In this document: piece by piece, positions 61,050-64,000 of the stretch
Position numbering within the stretch: position 1 is the stretch's first letter
Layout: every line of letters starts with the position of its first letter
Program-made: the position numbers and the translations under genes
From: Stegostoma tigrinum
Taxonomy: Eukaryota
Assembly (NCBI RefSeq): GCF_030684315.1
Contig: NC_081371.1
Location: forward strand, 12,469,441-12,533,440
DNA length: 64,000 nt
Direction of reading: 5' to 3'
The notes under the pieces: generated by a model
What the model was told of the DNA's origin: nothing
What the model saw: the letters and a program-made list of their open reading frames with translations, nothing else
Databases searched by the model: none

Positions 61050-61300
61050 AGACCATTGACCTTGGTTTTCCTGCGTTGCTGAGCATTCTGCTTCATCCAG
61101 GAAAAACACTGACCCTGACCACTATCCATGTCCAGACCGGCTGTGTCTGGTATCCTTGAGCCCCGTAGCTGTTAGTAGGAAAAAGAATTGGCCTTCTGCC
61201 CACCACCCTTCTACCAGCACTTCCAAATTCTAGTGTGCAAAGCAGGAAGCGATCTTTGCTTTCTGGGCCACATCTACAGTGATGATGGTAAGACATCACA
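61050..61300 (-). pseudogene. second Harbinger-type Myb/SANT ORF remnant
   Basis: NLEVLVEG/VVGRRPILFP...TQPVWTWIVVRVS...NAQQRRKTKVNGL across frameshifts. The flanking ~59940-61650 has the same GC-richer character. Confidence 0.65.
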
Positions 61301-62039
61301 TTGGGACGGGCAGTTCATGGCTTGCAGCATCTGAAGTGGTGTACAGCTGGGCGTTAATATGATGCCAATGTGTCAACACTGGAAGGTCCAGATAGTTGCG
61401 AGCACTTCCACTCTGCTGCCACACAAATCCACATTGAAGGTGTCAAAGAGCCTGTTGAATAACTAACAAGATGAAGAGCAGAAGCTTGCATGTAACAAGT
61501 CTTGAGCCATGACAGACAAATGCCATTAATCTCACTTGACAAAACACTTTGATTGAAAATGGGAAAATTCTACACTTTGCATTAAAGTGTGCAACATCAA
61601 TAATGAAATTTGACAAGTGCCATTAATGCTAAGTGTGCCACTTGGATTTTAACTCCACGCTGGCTTTCGTTGGTTGGGTCCATCTGAGAATTCAGTAACT
61701 TCAATCCAGGCCCCTTCCTGCAAACCATTTCTAGAGCACTTCAACTTCTGATTAGAGAAAACATTACAGCAAAAAATTATCTTCACTTGAAATATAATTT
61801 TATTTTTTCTCCTTTTTTGTTGGGATCTGAAATGTATGTTTACTCGGACATTTAATTAATGTACTGTGACATTAATTTAAACAGATATTTTATGATGTTA
61901 TTGTAAATTTAGGTGCATGAGTGTACGTGTACACACATAATGAATTTCACAACCCCTTACAACTCCTCCACCTAATGCATCTGACCTCCAGCAAGCCCTC
62001 ACCCAAATTACTTACACCTGACCCTTCAATTCCCAGTTT

Positions 62040-62185
62040 AACATGAAATAAAATCTGAAAGAACTGTGGATGCTGTAAACCAGAAACAAAAACTGAAATT
62101 ATTGGAAAAGCTCAACAGGAGGGGTAGCATCTGTTGAGAGAAATCAGAGTTAACATTTTGAGTTGAGTAACCCTTCCTCAGAATT
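62040..62185 (-). mobile_element. PLE terminal repeat, solo
   Basis: GAAAGAACTGTGGATGCTGTAAACCAG...GAGTTAACATTTTGAGTTGAGTAACCCTTCCTCAGAA, the same family as 37752. Confidence 0.8.
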
Positions 62186-62299
62186 GAGGTGTTACTGGAT
62201 TTGTCAATTTGTTGTACCACTCTCCCTCCCTCTCCCTCACCATTGATGATTTTGTTTCCAGTAAATTCTAGGAAAAGGGCAAACTTCTTCTAGCCTGAA

Positions 62300-63260
62300 T
62301 GCCTGATGTTGCATTTCTGTGTTTGATAGCGCACTCCACAACTGGAGTGAATAATATCGCCAACAAATGTTGTGCTAGCTTTTCACTGTGGAGGTTTTTT
62401 CTCCAGGAGATTGGCTCAAACAACGCTAACATTTTATGTTGTGAGGTGTGTGGCCTTACTCCTTTCATAAAATATTATAAGCCTTTTATTCCCATTATGG
62501 ATCTCCCCCTTATTGGCTTATTTGGCAGGACTAAGATTTCAGATCCTCAGGTCTGCCCTGCAAGAGGGGGTGAGTATATTTTGTTTACCTCCAATAAGTA
62601 GTGCAGAAATATCTAACCCAGAACAGTCCAGTCAAGGAGCAAAAGAATGTGAAGGGAGGACTCAGTACAGGAGGCAGAGCTGTGCTCTTGGGCTGCGATG
62701 TGTGTGCAGATCATAGGTGAAGCTGTGCATATTCCAGACCACTCGGTAGTTAAAAACAAATATGAAGTATTGCTGGGAACAGTTGCCCCAGCAGATGAGA
62801 AGTGGACTGATCCCACAGGATTCAATGTCTAATTGGCTTTGAATTTTAAAAAGCAGAAAACTTTGATTGAATTTACAATGGTTTGTTCTAGTTTCCAGAA
62901 GGAAAAAAAGCTTGTGAACAAGAGGTCTGAGTAAGAAAAAAACTAAAACCATTTTGAGAAACAGGATATTTTGTCCTGCCCTTTCTTATACCAGCAGAGA
63001 TTTAACAATTTTTCTCAGTTTCTCAGTTTTCTTCATGACACAATATGGTTTCTATATTTCTGGATGTGAGATTTTGGACAGGACTAGTGTTTGAATTTCT
63101 AAACTTAGATATGTTTGGAAATTATAAACCAGTTGGACTTCTTCTAGAAACTCCATGATTTCATTTTTAATCAGGTTTGGAGAACATAGTGAGAATGGGA
63201 AAACCCTGAATTGATTATGGTCAATAAATCTCCAAAGTAAAAGCAATGCTTAAAACTTTG
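62300..63260 (-). pseudogene. possible ancient Penelope-like RT remnant
   Basis: LLLWRFIDH...EIMEFLE...SHP...LRKIV in PLE motif order. Very degenerate. Confidence 0.3.
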
Positions 63261-64000
63261 AAACCTTGACATCAATGTCTCTGAAAATTACCACTATTAA
63301 AATAACTTGAGTCACGTATTTAACTCAGACATGCAATCAGAAAATTGATTAAAGTGTAAGGAGTCACTTTACTCTTGTTGTGACCCTTTTACAAAATCTT
63401 ATTTAATTCCCATTGCACTGGTGACCGCATATTTATGATTGTATAAGAGGAGCAATTGTAGACCATTTGGTCCCTGAAGACTGCTCTGCTATTTAGTAAG
63501 ATTGTGGCTGATCTGTTTCTGTTGCTTTGAATTCCACGTTCCCTTCTACCACCAACCCCCACCCTTGCCTCAAAAGAATCTATGAACCTCTGCCTTAAAA
63601 TAGTTAAATACATTTTCTCAGCTTGTTTCTGAAGCAGAGGATTCCAAAGTCACACACTCCTCTCAGTGAAAGGTGCGTGTGTATGTGTCTGCCCCAATAA
63701 CAAACCTATAGAAGGGCATTTAAATGGAGCGGTGGGATTCATGGAAGAGGTACTGAATGCAGGATGTTCAACGTATAACCTCAATACCTTGCACCTGTAG
63801 TTTGAAAATTTGCATATCGGAAATGGTAATGGTTATATTACTGGACTACAAATTGGACTGCTTCAGAGTTTAAATTGCATTAAAGCAACTGGGAAATTAA
63901 ATTGCATTAGTTTAGTTATTTACTAATTGCATTAATAAATCTGGAATAAGAGGTCAGTGTTAGTAATGGTGAGATAACAAAGTGTAGAGCTGGATGAGCA

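Overview
Eukaryotic genomic DNA from a cartilaginous fish, most likely a shark, judged from HE1/V-SINEs, Deu-type SINEs, CR1/L2 LINEs and abundant Penelope-like elements (PLEs). Two genes are supported on the + strand. The first is the 3' end of ATXN7L1: a coding exon at 5634-5711, a terminal exon PKVHQ* at 8197-8214, and a ~2.4 kb repeat-free 3' UTR. The second is a complete 4-exon EFCAB10 (36331-42977, 136 aa) with an RFX X-box just upstream; the order and orientation match human 7q22. A ~3.75 kb GC-rich, strand-skewed minisatellite with higher-order repeats runs right up to the EFCAB10 promoter and accounts for all the long Pro/Gly ORFs. The rest is nested transposon debris: PLEs, fossil hAT and Harbinger elements, CR1/L2 LINEs, solo LTRs and SINEs. 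The most striking non-genic signal is a set of short PLE terminal-repeat insertions. Many are fold-back hairpins with 10-16 bp target-site duplications (TSDs), and they carry minimal type I hammerhead ribozyme cores (CTGANGA-stem-GAAACGTH), including an apparently intact pair at 25220-25415. Weaker candidates are a spliced minus-strand transcript or micropeptide between the two genes and a convergent CTCF-motif pair. All calls were made by eye, so repeat boundaries are approximate and family names rest on recalled consensus motifs.
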